From contig OZ365118.1 of assembly GCA_977030845.1 (NCBI GenBank), positions 3,472,001-3,536,000 of the forward strand: 64,000 nucleotides of DNA, in the 5' to 3' direction. Below, one piece after another: positions 1 through 15,000 of the stretch. Made by a program: the position numbers and the translations under genes. This DNA is from Fimbriosthenelais zetlandica (taxonomy: Eukaryota). Position 1 is the first letter of the stretch. Each line of letters opens with the position of its first letter. The notes beneath the pieces are model-generated. The model was given only the letters and a program-made list of their open reading frames with translations. It made no database searches and was not told where the DNA came from.

Positions 1-3000
1 TCAATGGTAGTATTTAATGAGTATTTTACGTCTTAAAGTGGGATTACCTTAACCAAACTCAAGCGGTGAGTACTAAAGGCTTGGGCTGGTGTGGGAAGTT
101 AAATCCTTCACCCATCCAATGTTAAGGTAGCATTGTTGTAATGAGTGGGGAACAATTAGCCTCAATTAAGCACCACTCGCTGCCTGTACAAGGCTCTTTC
201 TCAGCGCTCAGTCCATGGCTAATTTAGCTGGAATGTTGGCCCAAACACACCGAAACTAATTAAAAAATTACAGCTGCGAATTCAATCCATGTCACTGTGG
301 CATACACAGGTTGAATTGCAGCATTGATTGGTAAAGTGGAGGCAATCTTCAAAATCGCTCTCACGATCGTGCGATAGGCCAGAAAAAAAGCTGTGATAAA
401 GTTACACATGGAAGACTGGACCTTCACAATACCATTCAGGGCCTTTATTGTTATCAATTCTATACCATCACCCTCCATTCTTTTTTACCGTTCACCATTT
501 AGATTTAGAACAATGGAGGTTTTAATTAGGTTTGGAATAAGCCCTCGTTTGTCAGCGTCTATTGGGGATGGTGGGGTAACATCTCAGGTAAGGTGTGAGG
601 CCACCTATAGTGGGAGGAAGGGCTGGGTGTGGGGGGTGGTTACCTAACCCTCACACCTCTACCTCTCCACCTATAGACTGACTACTATTTCTGATGTTAT
701 ATGACCGATACTGTATCCCTTTAAATCCAAAACAAGTCCTGTCAGAAACCCAGCACCTGGCATGCACCAACACCTCAAATTTTACTGGGAATATAGACAC
801 ATTGAATACAAAGACTCATGGGCTTTCAAGGTAGAGACCGCAGCCACAATCTAGAGTTCGCTTTCCCACCTATCTCTATATATACCCAAGGCAAAAGGTG
901 GACTTGAAAGTCATCCGTCTATACAATATTCGAGGTACACCTTAAGCAGTGTAAGACAGGTTACTAACACCTGCAATTAAAGCCAAGGTGTTAATGACCA
1001 TCCCCAGGCCAGGATCTGGATCCTTGGTACAACCTGTATACATGTATAATCACCTAGAGTCCTTGTATGAGGTTAACATGGGTTTAGCTGTGTCAATAAT
1101 ACTAATGCTTCATTTTGTTTGAGGGATGTTTCTATGAGCTTCAGTGGGATTTGTGGTCAATTGTTTTGCTTTAATTAAATGGAAACAATTGGATCATTTT
1201 CACTGTTTTATCCTACATGATTTGTTTCCAAATCAGGATCCAAATCAAAACAAAACATCCTGGAAACAAACATTGATGTGCACTCACAATAAAAGTGAAT
1301 GAACAATTTGAACATATCACAGTTTAGGATAAATGAGTGAATGATCTTCTGCCTTTAAATCAATGTAAATACCGGTGGATGACCAATAAAGGAAGCATTT
1401 AGTGGATGGTGATCATTGCTCAGCCAGGCGTATATCATCATCAGTGAGGCTGGGGTGTTTAAGGCACGTGATCACTGACTTTGATACATGTACAGTGTAA
1501 TTAGTGCGGGTCAGGTATTGAGGGCTGAACCTTCATGTTAAACCATCTAAATGAAGGATCAATGGGCGAGAAGATGAGGCGAGAGGCTGGTGTTTACTGG
1601 CATGATGGGGCAAGGTGATCTCTGGAAAATATCATCATAAATTGATGATTCACACATATCTAGTGAGCAGGTGTAGGCCCAGGGAACTGCTCCCTGCTGC
1701 TCATCTGCTCGCTTCAAGCTTGGAAAAGCCAGCCTTCTAAGATCTTAAAGATCAATTTGGTTTCACAAACATTTAAGTGCAAACACATATAAGAAAATAT
1801 TTCAAATATTCACTGAAATAACTGAGAAGATGTTTGTAATTAAGTTTTTCTGGATGCAACTTATTTGAAATCCAATAATCATTTATCTTACATACGAGTC
1901 ACATCTTACAAGCTGGGGCTTATATAAAAAGATCATCCCAATGAATAGCCATAGCCAAATAAACATTTATGGGCACAGAATAAGATTTTTGAATCACTAA
2001 TCCAAACACGATCCAGCCCACGTCTTCCGCCTATAAAGCATTATTTCACTGAGGGGGTAAGTCTATATAGAGCACCTATAATAGAGCGGGCACTCAGCTG
2101 GGGCGGACTTACCCCCACTGATATATACAGAGACAAAATGAAGCATCCTACACTTCCCAGAGTGATCCAATAGTCAACTCATCTCATCAAATAGGATCAA
2201 ACAAGACTAGTGTCTCACAGGTCAACATCAAAGCACTCCTCTACACAATGGTTGGATCCCTTAAGCGATCGCACGTGTGGGAATTCGCCCCTCGGGAATA
2301 TACCAATAACCAGGATGGGGCTAAGTGATGGGGTTTTTGTTCAGTATTGTAACAGTAGGGAACTTAAGGAGAGATTGAGCTGTTGTATTGAGTGGTTGAT
2401 CATGGATCGCAACCAAGTGGAAAATATTTGGTCATGGATACTTCTGTTTGAATGTGTTATAGAGTGGAGTGTGGGATTTGAAATTCCCAGCGCAATCTCT
2501 GAACAGATCTGTCATTGGTATTACCTTAAATAAAACCAATTCTTTCAAATAAAACTTAAAGAAAATGGCATATAATGTCAATGCATATTTATTATGGGAT
2601 ACATGTTATGTGCAGCTTCATGCCTATCATCTTGTTCTACATTTATTGATAGAGTAAATTCACCGTGAACAAAACCCAATTGGCAAAGGATCCCAAAGGT
2701 AAACTACAAAGTCCAGATACCATTAATCATGCATAATGACCAGAAAGGGTGTTTGTCTAGGTGATCCATGAATAAATCATCAATAACTTGACCCTTGGCG
2801 AGTCTGTTTTCTGAGGCTTTTGTTTTGTATTGACAAATTCATTGACCACTGGGTCAGACCTGGAGCCCCCACCCCTACCAGATGCACTGGTCAGTCAGCC
2901 AGTGGACTGACCACCAGATGGTGTATAATTATCGAGCACTGGTCAAGCCTCATCCACTTGTCAAAGAAATAGGTAAACTAGAGAAATTAAACCAGTGAAA

Positions 3001-6000
3001 TTACCAGTAGTTCAATGGGTGAATTGTATGACTGTCAGCGCTGACAAGATGCTTCATTCTCTAAGCCTCATTGATTGAACGACACTTTTGATAACTGAAA
3101 AATTCAGCTGCCGGGAGAATAGGTCGACAAAGGCTACATTAAGCCTGGATTCAGGGATGGGAATCTGGATGTTGTCTGTATAAAGGGTGCATTAGTCCTG
3201 TGTGCCTTCATTTAGTGGGTTACATTAAGGGTATTGACTCTTGATAAAAGCGAGTAGATGATTACATGATTATACATGTTATACATGTAATGTGGTACTG
3301 TAGTAACTCAGAGTTCATCTACAATGACCTGAGCTGCTCTGGACACCACCTGTCATAATGAGCATTTACCAGCCCTCTCAGTTACTCACTGGCCTCGACA
3401 TAAATACATAGACTTGTACAACTCCCTTCAATCATAATCATAATTCAGAACTATCTTGATACGATTTAAGGCATACCTAAACATGCTTCTTAAAATTTAA
3501 GACGATTCTCGAAACTGACCAAAAAAGGCCATTTTCTCTTCCGGACTGAGCCCTCCAAAGACAAGAATTCAAAGAAAATATAGTAAAAAAATGTTTTCGG
3601 GGAGGGGGCATGTCTACATGTAACAGTAACACATGTAAATATGGCACATCACAAGGCAGAGGTCAGAATAAACCAAGTGTTTACAGATAAATATTCGTTG
3701 TTGGCCACCAACAGTCTGTGAGGAGCAGGCGCATTATGAGACATGTTGATTTATTGAGCACTTGATTGAAGGATGGGCGGGCGTGCTTCATTCAATGCTA
3801 CAGTTAACTGGATTCAATACATTGTGACGGCCTTGTAGCAGTGTGGGTGCATTAAACAGTACGCGGCTTGTCATGCTCATGATATAAATGGATCCCAGCT
3901 TTTTATGTTATGTTTATTTAGGCTTCCATGGGATATGTGAAGAGCTCCGATCAAAGCAATTGGCATTGGTGATTATAAGTCAATTGACAGGCGTTTTACA
4001 TGGAAAAATGATTGATCGACATTTGATGATTAATGTAATATATATTCTCAAATTGTTGAGCTTAAAAATACATGAGATTAAAGAAATTATAGTCTAAATA
4101 AGATCAAATGTAAGCCTTGAATTGGTACATGGATTGATCATTAAATGTACAACATTTGGCATTCATATATATCCCCCCTTCACTCAGCACTGACAGGGGG
4201 GAGTGCCCCTAGTCATGTTTCTCATAGAGTGACAAGGGGAGTTTGTCAAGACATCCACCCCTTCTCTCCCCTTCCCTTCCTCCCCCTTCTCTCCTCACAT
4301 ATAAGCCGTGAGAGTGTTGGGGGTGACAGGCCCCTGTCAGACCTATTTAAGGGGGGTCCTGACAGCAACCCTTCCCCTTTTTCAAATCTTCATTATACCT
4401 TTAGCCGCGGGGAGTGTATAGTAACAAGATATTGCGCTTTAACTTGGGTTTTCCACCCAGGAGGTGGAATCCCTTTCTCCCTGCTCCCACTCCCGCTGGT
4501 CGAGCCTCCTCCCGGGGCTGCTCCAGGGTGATCCCCGCCTTCCCTCCAGGGGAAACATCCATGCTTCCAGACATGGGATGAGAATGTGGAGGATTTGTCA
4601 TATACTGAGTGTCAGACCAGTAGGGGGTCGGTTCCATCATTTTAAATCTATAATCATAAAGCCAGATGCTGCTCTTTTAGTTAAAACGCTATCTATTATA
4701 CAAGGGTAATGGTGAACGGGCTATGGTCGGTTTAATAGGGGGCAAAGGGTCGCATGTGCAGGCCACATTTAAGCCAGTTAGATGCATGTCTCAAACCCAT
4801 CACTTATACACCCCATCCCGCCAACATTACCCGCCTGTCTTCTCGCATTGTGAACCCACCATATTTTATTCACAATTCTGATAAATTATTTTTGTCTCCA
4901 CCATCGTTATGGGATGCGCAAATTGCTGATACCAATCAAAGGTATGAGCGGGGACAGCCGTGTCAACTGTTTTGGGCTCAGCAAATTGACACCTCGGGGG
5001 GTCATGCCATGCATGCCCCATCACCAGGCCTGCCAGGCAGATAACATTGAGATATGGTATGAACCGCTTCATTGGAGACATAGCCCCATCAGAGGTATAT
5101 TAAGATATCACACATATTTCCATTGATAGTCGTTTGATCTGTGCGCGGACATTGATCAGTATTAATTGTTATCTAATCAGTATCTAGTCTAGCTGGCTTT
5201 AATGAAGGATATTGATGAGGAGCGGATGGGCCTCCTGGGGTGGACTAATACCCGGGGTGAGGATGTGTTGATTGGGTGGTAATTAGTGGGAGTAGTGTTA
5301 ATTAACTGTGAGGTGTGGGGTGGAGGGTTCATCTCCCGCCATCTCTCACTCAACCTACTCGCCATATGTCCCCCATCAAAAACACAAGATAACACATCTC
5401 TCTATACTTAATTAGATTATCCTGTCTGCATGAATTAACTGATTGGTGTCCTCGCCCGACTAAAATATCCATGAAATATTTGGGTATGATTTTTAAGTAA
5501 TTAGTTTCCACCAACGTCTATATGAATTATACATTAATGATGTTCCTTGGAATAAATTAGTGTCTTTTATAAACCAAAACAGATGCTGGATTTTCATGAT
5601 CGATATTCAAAAATCTTAACCTAACTGGCCTAAGCTTGTAAAAGCCTGTTCAATACATCACACATTGAGTCTAATACACCAATATGATTTGGATAAACTC
5701 GGGGATTTTCCAGGCAAATATCAGAGTGATTTTACTCTGTTAAAGTTTAGTCCAAGCTAGCTAAACAGATGAGAGCTCATGTCAATGTTCCAGGTGGTTG
5801 TCTTTACATTAAGAAGGCAGTCCAACCATTACATAAGGCCGACACAGCTGTCTGTGTACCGACATATACAACAGTCGCCCCACCCAGACCCACGCCCTCT
5901 TCAAATTTGCTTCATGCCACTGTGGTTGTTTGAACTGTTTCATGAAATCTGGACATGGCATTTCCCCACGTTAAAATGGAAGAAACAATTCTTCAAGACA

Positions 6001-9000
6001 GCAATGGTTCATGGAATCTTAGAGTTACTCTAAGATGGATTGAATATTCCTCTAAGTGGCTTTTGTGAGTACCCAATAAATGAAGGTACCATGCTCTGCA
6101 TAGATCTAATGTACATGAACCTTCAAGCATGAACAATATTTAAGATCAAGGTTCATGTATAGAGCTTTACCTTGACTTAAATCTAGCAGTAATTGTGGCT
6201 TGTAAGGCCTTGTATATTGGGTCATTTCCATGGTTTAACTTGTATAATCCACTGAGGGAAGCCACACGCCGGGCGTACATCATTAAGATAGGACCTGACT
6301 GGCTTCACATACACCGACCAAAGCAAACTCTGAGAGAGAGCGCGTCAGGAAGGCTGGAGTGTTTATAAACGGTGATTTAACTGTGTAGTCAGGTTTATTT
6401 GTCTTCACTATAGGTAGACGCGGGAATGTGGATGAATGTAGGGTGGTGAGAGCTCAATGAATGTTAACTCAGCACTTAGAGTAAATCATTTACTCTATAA
6501 GCTCAGTATTACAGTGAGTTACTCATAAGTACAGAGCTGCTCACTGCCAGGCTGGGCGAGCTTCTCATTTAAATAATGGTAACTTTACAATATATTGCAA
6601 GGGGATGGTATGGGGTAGAAAAGTTCCAACACTAATGGGACGGAGTGTCTAGAGATAAACCTGGATTGGGGGAAGAGCGACATCTGATCATTTGAGAAAT
6701 TTAGGGGCACTAACATGCCGCCAACCATCCTGTAGTAGGATCCCTGACACAGCGTCAAACTGGACGCAAGTTGATCCCTCTCTAATAATGGCAAAATGTG
6801 TTTCCCCTTACTTCTGTAGGTATAAGAATCCCTATAGGATTCTGACATTCCTAGGCCAATTATTTCCTATATTTATCCATACGGCTCACATAAACTAGTG
6901 CCGGAAAATAGAGATATCCTATAGCTGAGGGATATTGATATAGGGACTGGAATATGTGAAAGTTATTACATCATGGCTCCCAGACTTCTCAAGGCCGTTA
7001 TTCAGTGTTTGGTTATGATTAAGCGATAGGTATTTGCACTTGGAAATGGTCGGAAAACCAAATGTGATAACAAGGAATATTATGACGCGAAATTGGTTTG
7101 TTAGATTGCTTAGGTTAGGTTGTGTGTTGGGAGGTTTGATCTGTAGGCCATGGAAATTACATACACCTGTGAATAACTATGTGGGTTTTTAATCTAGGAG
7201 GTATTTGTTAAAGCCAGGGGTTCTATGCTCGTGGGGCTTGGTGGAATAACATAAGTAAGGCATATAGAGGTAAGAGTATTATTTGTAAAGCCATGGACCA
7301 TGGGAAAACAGGAGCAGTGGAAGACAGGTTGAAAATGGAAGTTGATTTATGTTAGAGTTTTCATACATCTATTTCTCTTTACATCTTCATAAATCAAACT
7401 TACCACACGTGACTCGTACATGTAAATCTTTAGTAAATCACCAAAGCATGTTTCAAGCTCGTCCATTTCAAGCTTGACAGCTCTTAAACTTACAGAAATT
7501 AACTGCGGCGTAACTATACAAGAGAGCCATTGAGAACTCGGAGCCTCTCCCTCCCTATTATAATACATGCCGCGTACAAAGCCCAGTCTTTCTTTTGATC
7601 ACCATGTCCACTACAAGACTCATTTCCTGGATATAATGGCCGGCCTTTGTAGAAACAAATTGTAAATGTATGTGTAGGGGGGTTGGGGTGTGTTTGGGGG
7701 ACCCCGTGCAGGCAGCTGGGGGAGGCCGGAGGTAGCATCCTCACTGCCGGCCAAACACAGCTGGGGATAACGCTCGGCGCCCACTGGCTCCTCGCTGGCT
7801 ACCCAGGAATTTATTTACAAATACATGAATAGTGAGAGTACTGTAGAGTGGGTATTTGTAGGGATAAGTCATGGATAATCAAGGGTAGTCATTAAGGAAC
7901 CCTGGGGTGTATTTCCCCTCCCCTACATTCACAATTAAAGGCTGAAGGGTGGAGTGATCCGCTAGAACAGTGAGGGAGGGAGTGAGGGAGGCGGGGAGCC
8001 AAGGTACAGCACTGAACGGTCACTCTGTGATGTGGACTTATATTATTAACCATCCCATTTTTGTTCCGACTTGTTTGATCTTCATTTTATTGGGGATGTG
8101 ACAAATCCGAGAAATATAGGTTGATGAAAATACTTCAAATCAGGCCAAATATTGACATGTAATTCCATGAAAATTAAGCAGGAATGAAACAAAGCAAGTC
8201 TGTAATTAAGACATAATCACTTGAATTCCTTGGCTTTTCAACCTGATAATTACCATAGCTTAGATCAAGACACTCTCACTGAGGCTCGTGCCTGCATGCA
8301 ATGTTTGTTTGGCAAAACACTGAGCAAAAACAGCAGCGTTTGGCAACAGTGGCCTTCTCTGAGGAGATGATTTTTTCCTGCCTGTACACGGGTAAGGTGG
8401 ATTAAGGTAAGGGGGGTTGGGGTGTCCCCTGACAATGGACGCTATGTGGGGCTCGTGTATAAAGGAAACTTGTTGTTCTCCTCTCACATAAACTGAGTCA
8501 GTAAGAAGGATCAAGTTGAGGTTTAACATGGCGAACATGCTGAAACAAAACAACCTCATATAGGGCTCAATATCAGCCCATGATCCAGAGGTCTAGATAC
8601 AAAGATATCTCGAATATAAAGTTGGTCAAGAGTGAATGTTCAATTCCATTCCTCGAGATACTTGAATTCCATAGCTAGAGTCAATGTCATTTAAGACCCT
8701 CAGTGCCAGGAAGTAATTTCACAAGTTGAACCTTAATTTAGCAGGGAACTGAAGATAATTGAAAGGGTAAGGTATACTAGTTATGAAAGTTCCATAAATA
8801 ATATTTCTATAAGATTTAGTATACCTGTTAGCAGTGGGGTCTCAGAGTGGAATCACGAGCTTTTGTTCTAAAATTACCACCAGGCCCTCCTACTTGTAAC
8901 TCGACCGTCTTTTCCATTACCTCAGTTATTTTTTGTTAAAAAATACCAAAGAATCAACAGATTCCATGTTGTCAAGATCGGTACTTCAGATATCTGCTCG

Positions 9001-12000
9001 ACCCAATCTTTCTTGTCAAGCAGGTCTTTGAGGAGCGGGAGGCGCCAGTGAGGATTAGAGAGTTTAATGCTTCATTGCTGGATGTAAAAGCCAACCTTTG
9101 TCTCAGCGACCATTTCTTTACTGTGTTGATTGATAAATCTACAGAACAGTAGGCGGGAGTCGGCCATCAAACTGTTGGCACTGTCATTTTTTGTATTCTC
9201 CATGAACAGGGAGTTATTGTGTTGTTTAGTGGGGATTATATATAGCTGACTCTCAGGGGGATGGATTATGGTTGGGAAAGATGCTGAGCTTTTCTGGGTA
9301 CAAAATAGAACTCAGAATTCCACTGAGGTTTTATATAAAGGAATTAAATATATGATAATAATTATTCCTAGCAGGGGCATGTCTATAATGGTTTATGGAA
9401 TTGGAAGTGGCGCCAGATCGACTACAAGTATTGAATGAAAAAAATCTTAATTGTGAATATCATTCAACAAGCCTATACCTAGTTAACTGGCAGTTTAATA
9501 AGTTTGAAAATAAGACCACTTTCTGCATCTGTGGAATGTTTACCACAGGGAGCCTTCTTCTTAATTACATATCTAGCTCAAAAACACGCCCTCCTGCCCC
9601 AATTAAATAATAAATCTAATTAAAGCGGACTCGCTAAGGTAGTCACAAGTATTTACCGGTCTTACGGTAAATCATGGAATACAAGAATGGTCCAAGACAA
9701 ATACTCGTCTTTTTCACATGGCCTTCTGACACCAGAATCCATCAGAGATGTTTAGCTGTGATTTGAGAAGTGACCTCGCTCTTAATTAGTTTTTAATTAG
9801 TTCATAATTATTCCAAGTCCTCAGAGCAATAATACTTTACTTATCAACCCATTTTCTCATGGAAATCTGACCTTTCAATGCAGGAATTCATTGATTTGGA
9901 ACAATTTTCTCAGGGTTTAAGCTCTTCAAATATAATCAGTCATAATATCAAGACAAACATAAGTAAGAATGGAATATAATTGCTCATGGAGGGAGTATTT
10001 CACAACTTATCCTCTGTCTTATCTGTCTATCTCTGTCAGCCGCCATATCAGTACATTTTAATGTACTTCATACCCCCTGAATCAGTGCTCGGTGTAGGTA
10101 GAATAATACAACATTAGGCTCATTTTCTCAGCCTTAATGTTGGGTTAACATGAGTGTGTGTGTCAGTCCTCGTCACGGACTCTACCCACCTATCAGGCGG
10201 CAGTCCTCCCATACAGTAATTGCCTTACAACCACAAATTAAATTTCAAGCCCCGGGATCGCTAGATCATTAAGTTGAACATGCCTCGGAGAATTTTGAAG
10301 TTATAATTAAGGACTTAGATATGGACGGCTGATTCTGGGTGCACTTATACTCACAGAGTGCATGTGCCGAGGAGAGAGAGAGGTAAATGAAGACGGGAGA
10401 GAGTAAGGTTACATTTCCATGTTTGTCTTGGCTTCATTCTCCCTTTTCATCAATTAATCAAAATAATCCCTCATTGATGTTCTCGGGACATGACCTCAAA
10501 GAATTAATTTTTCTCTTTTGTCTCTGGCTCGGACCAGTACCGTGAAATGAACAACGTGTTGGTGAGTAATTGACAGAGGTTTCATGTAAATTTCATGACC
10601 AAGAAATGTACAACATTGAGAGCTGAGGTTGGTTGATTGGGTATACCGACAATCAATGTCATAATCTTTAGCACTGAATGGGTATAGAAACTTATAGATA
10701 TTAAGTGAAGCAGGATATGATTCATATCTTGTCCAGCGGTCATACATGTACAGATATAGCATTATGAGGCAGTAATTAGGCCATGAACCCTTCACCTAGG
10801 TTAAGGCAATTAAATATTAAAACTTCAGACCTAGGCCAACATATAAGTGCAGTACAATTCAATATATTATCCCGAGGGAATTATGTCTTAAATAAAGATC
10901 CCATAGCATGATAAGCCCAATTAACAAACTCTTCCCTTCTATTAACATTCACCTCTGGGAAGGAGCCAAATAATTTTAATTTTCTTTTTTTGAGGGTATG
11001 CATTACCGTTATATTTTCCTTTATTATTAAAGGTAACAAATTCCGGTCAGTGTGCTTGAGTGCACGTGGCGACATGCGTACGCGTTTACCAATATGCACT
11101 ACATGCATGAGCAACATGCGGGGATAATCGATATCATATTAGCGATACATTTAATGTGTGAAATTCCCACGGGGAAAACCAAGTACAATATTTAGCCTTC
11201 TGTTCCATTGATATATTGTAACAAGCCTGGCGCCTTTTATAAAGCGCAGTCACTGGATCAAACATTGACTATGAGGCAAAGTGTGCGGGCAAATATTGGT
11301 TAAAATATTGATGAAAATCAATAGTCTATACATGAGGATGATAAAATCAATACACACCCCGACTCATGCCCGTGCATCAAATATGGGGCACATGTGAGAC
11401 TGAGAAATCATCAATGAACATCCAAACCCTACAGAGAGATGTGAGGGTGTCAAATACACACAAAATCACTATAGAAGGCTGGACAATGGACCACGAAATC
11501 AATGACGTAATGCACATAAAGATGGGTGAAAACATGAGTTGATTGAGCTTTCAGTCCCGCCCGGGCCTTGTTTGACCAGGTCCAGACCCAGGTGTGATTG
11601 GTGGTCATACGACTCCCTGTCTTTATCAAGACACACACTAAAGTTTACACCATCTGCTATTTTTACACCATTCATTCAGCCCCCGGCCGTTTAACATACG
11701 TCAAGGCTTTGATGTTGTATAATAAAGAACCACTTTAAACTCGCCTTTGATCAGTTGATTCAATCAACAAGTTTTTTTGCCAACAACTTTTGGATCTGGA
11801 TGATGTTTTATAGCAATTTTCCCCCAGGCGATTTTCTGATCAAAGAAAAAAACACCTGCAAATCAATGGATCTATTTGAATATCAGAGAATGAAATAGTT
11901 TTAGGGTATTTATCCAATGTTAGCTCATTTCCCGATATGTTCCTGCTGTTATTTAAAATACAAAATCTAGAAATACACTGAAGGCAGCATATCTGATCAT

Positions 12001-15000
12001 TTCACCAGAAGAATGCGCCCCCCAACAAAGGAACCTATAGTTAACATAGTAGGAATAGTGAAATGTAACCTCCCAAAGCCATTTCAGACCAGCTCACATA
12101 TATTTTCACAGTAAATTGGTGGGCTGGTTCTGACATATTCCTGAATACCAGGCTTGAATCTCGGGGAGATCTGTTCGCGGGTTTGTGATAGTATCTAAGA
12201 TCTGATATAGTACAGAGGTAGCTGGAGCCATATGGTAGCGATCCTAGAAGATAGATGTAGAGATGTAACTTGTTATGGCTTGTTCCACCTGTGGGAAGCA
12301 CTAAATCTCTGACTAAACTACACACATTGTCACGCTGATAAATCCCACCTTGTATTTTGGTTAATTTCATGGTTTTATGTTGTCTCAAATCAGACCCACA
12401 TAAATCATAGTAAGGCAATACCAATGACTGTAGACCAAACTTTGATATGCCTTTTCGCAACTTAATAATTAGTTGCGGTCGTGGGTGGAGTCTTGGATAC
12501 GCCTGAGCAAACTCTTTGTTATTTTTTTTATATTTTCCTGTTTTTCATTGTATATTTACTCCATAAATTTTAGCAATTTTCAATATGTTTGCTGTTATGA
12601 GAGATTGAGATCTTGTTTATTTTCAAAGATAGACATCTCTCTTGGTCTGTATAAAGCAGAACGTGGCATTTTTGTCTGTGAATTTTTAAGTTAGAGCCTA
12701 GAGCTTGGTGATTGTAAAGTGAGGGAGGTTTGGCACAAATTCAGGCTAATATCCTGACTGGAATAGATCCCTCCTGGTTACTCCATTCCCTGGGGGTGAT
12801 TTCCTGATCAGAAGGCTAGGATCGCCAGGAATTAGGTCTGGGATAATACGTTTTTTCACGCAGGTCTTAAGACACTGGCGTACTTAAATTAGAACAAGGG
12901 TTCTACCTTAACCACTCGAAGGGGTTCCCTTAGTCTCTAATCAAGGTTTCAATAAATGTTCAAAACATGTGGTATGGCCTTTAAAATTCATATGGCATTA
13001 GGTCATCAATATTAAGAATTTATAATATTGTATAGAAAATAGATAACCAAATATGAAATATTTAACTGGACATGGACCATATATGCAGGGTTTATCCATT
13101 GGGTATATGTACAAGGTTCTATAAGGGATGAATGATGGTAGAGATGATGGCTGTCTTCACCTTAGTCTGACCCTGCAGCCTTATAAAGGTACACAGTGCA
13201 TGATAATCATAGAGGCCAGTATGGTGAATTATTGATACTGGGTCAGCCACCACCAGCCCTGTACGGACCACACAACTGGTGGACTGCCACACAAGGCAAC
13301 CTGAGACCGCCAATAAACCAAAAAATATCACCTCAAATATCACCTCCAATTAGCCAATATGATCTTAAAAAGCTTGTTTCTGGCTTTGGTTCTATGCATT
13401 TTGTGGCAAAACCCCAAAAAACATGTTGATTCAAAAGCTAGTTTCATCTCATACCAACTCGGAGATGATAAATACTAAAATGGAATTTAAATATTCCAAT
13501 ATTTTACAATATGAAAGCATGGTTGTAAGTGGGTAAGTGTGGGGGTTTAGCTTGTATGGGTGGATACATTACCCCCTGGGTCCAGCAATGTACCCCCTGC
13601 ACACACCACTAGGCTTTTATTCCACTCATATCAAACACATCTCATGCTTTCATTTCCCTTTTAACAGGACCCACTTAGAGAGTTTGAATTCTCTAGGATT
13701 AGATTTTATAAGAGATGTGTATTGTTTGAGTGGCAGCTTTGTTGATCTTTGTTTACACAGTCCACCCTTCATGCTCTAGATGTGATAATTTGCCTTGAGA
13801 CACGGACCTATTGTAGTTTTCAAATTGCAGGCTTTGTAAAGATGATTTATTCCGAGTTTCAACATTTATGACGGGTGTAGGAAGTAGGATTCTACTCTCG
13901 TCTGCCCTCAAAGCACCGCCCCCTCCCACCCCCATCTCCACCTATGATTTACACTATGAAATGGACCATCTTACGTCTACCTAGGTGTGAATTTCCACAC
14001 ACATGGCTGCTCCCGGCCATCCTACACCCCCGCCTAAACTATTTACCTTCTTTCAAGTCTAGGATTACGATATTAAATCTAGTAACGGTTGCTCGATGAC
14101 ATGAGAGGTCGAGACATCCCGCTTGCATTAATGCAGTAAAATTCATTGTCTCAGTGCGAGCCAGTCTGAAGATTCCCCTTTATCTGCTATTAACCCAACT
14201 ATCAACTATCCTAACATATTTGTTGATTTAATCATTGGATTCAAGTTACAGGAAGAAATGTCTGGTAGCCTTGAGCTATGGGCAAGTAGTGAACCTGATA
14301 TAGGATCTGAGTGTTTTTTAAATGGACTTTTTGGGGTGCAATCCTTTTATGCTCTTGACTGATTGCGTTGAGGTTATGTCAGGAAGAGACGATCTGGGAT
14401 TTTACTCTTGTCATAAACAATGAAATCTCATCAAGTTACTGCACGACACCAGTCATTTGTACGACTACAACTTCAGCTAGTTTGCCAACTTTAATAAAAA
14501 GACACCATTCAAAAGAAATATATCTTACACAATTATGTGTCAGGAGATCCTTTCCCATTTATTCTTGAGATAAAATGCCTGTGTCAGAATACACACTCAG
14601 GCCTTTAAAAGGCAGAGTTACCCTTGGTTTTCCCATTCAAATTTCCCACACAGATGAGGTGTTGAAAGTTACATTAACAAAATCATTTTATGGACTAGAA
14701 CAGACAATGAATCCAAGTCAATATATAAAGGGAAGGACATAAGCTTATGCACCTTTACATAACCTATATATGTTTCTCTAAAAGCCTAAAATTTCTACTG
14801 GGCTCATTTGAATGGGACTAGTTCTTTATACCTGGGTGGGTAAATAAAGTTAAGTGAGTTTGAATGGAGATATTTATCTTTGTTAAGTGGGAGTGGGTTC
14901 ATCCATCATTGGTCTAAGCAGATCCTATAGGACGTCAGTAGACTGTGGTCTCTACTATTACTCACCTCTCGTTAAGATGGGTCGACTCCTCCACCCATGA

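Noticed and set aside
4145-4709. Overlapping ORFs of 79-128 aa in three frames
   Set aside because: GC-rich low-stop sequence with no domain signal and no phase-consistent splice sites.
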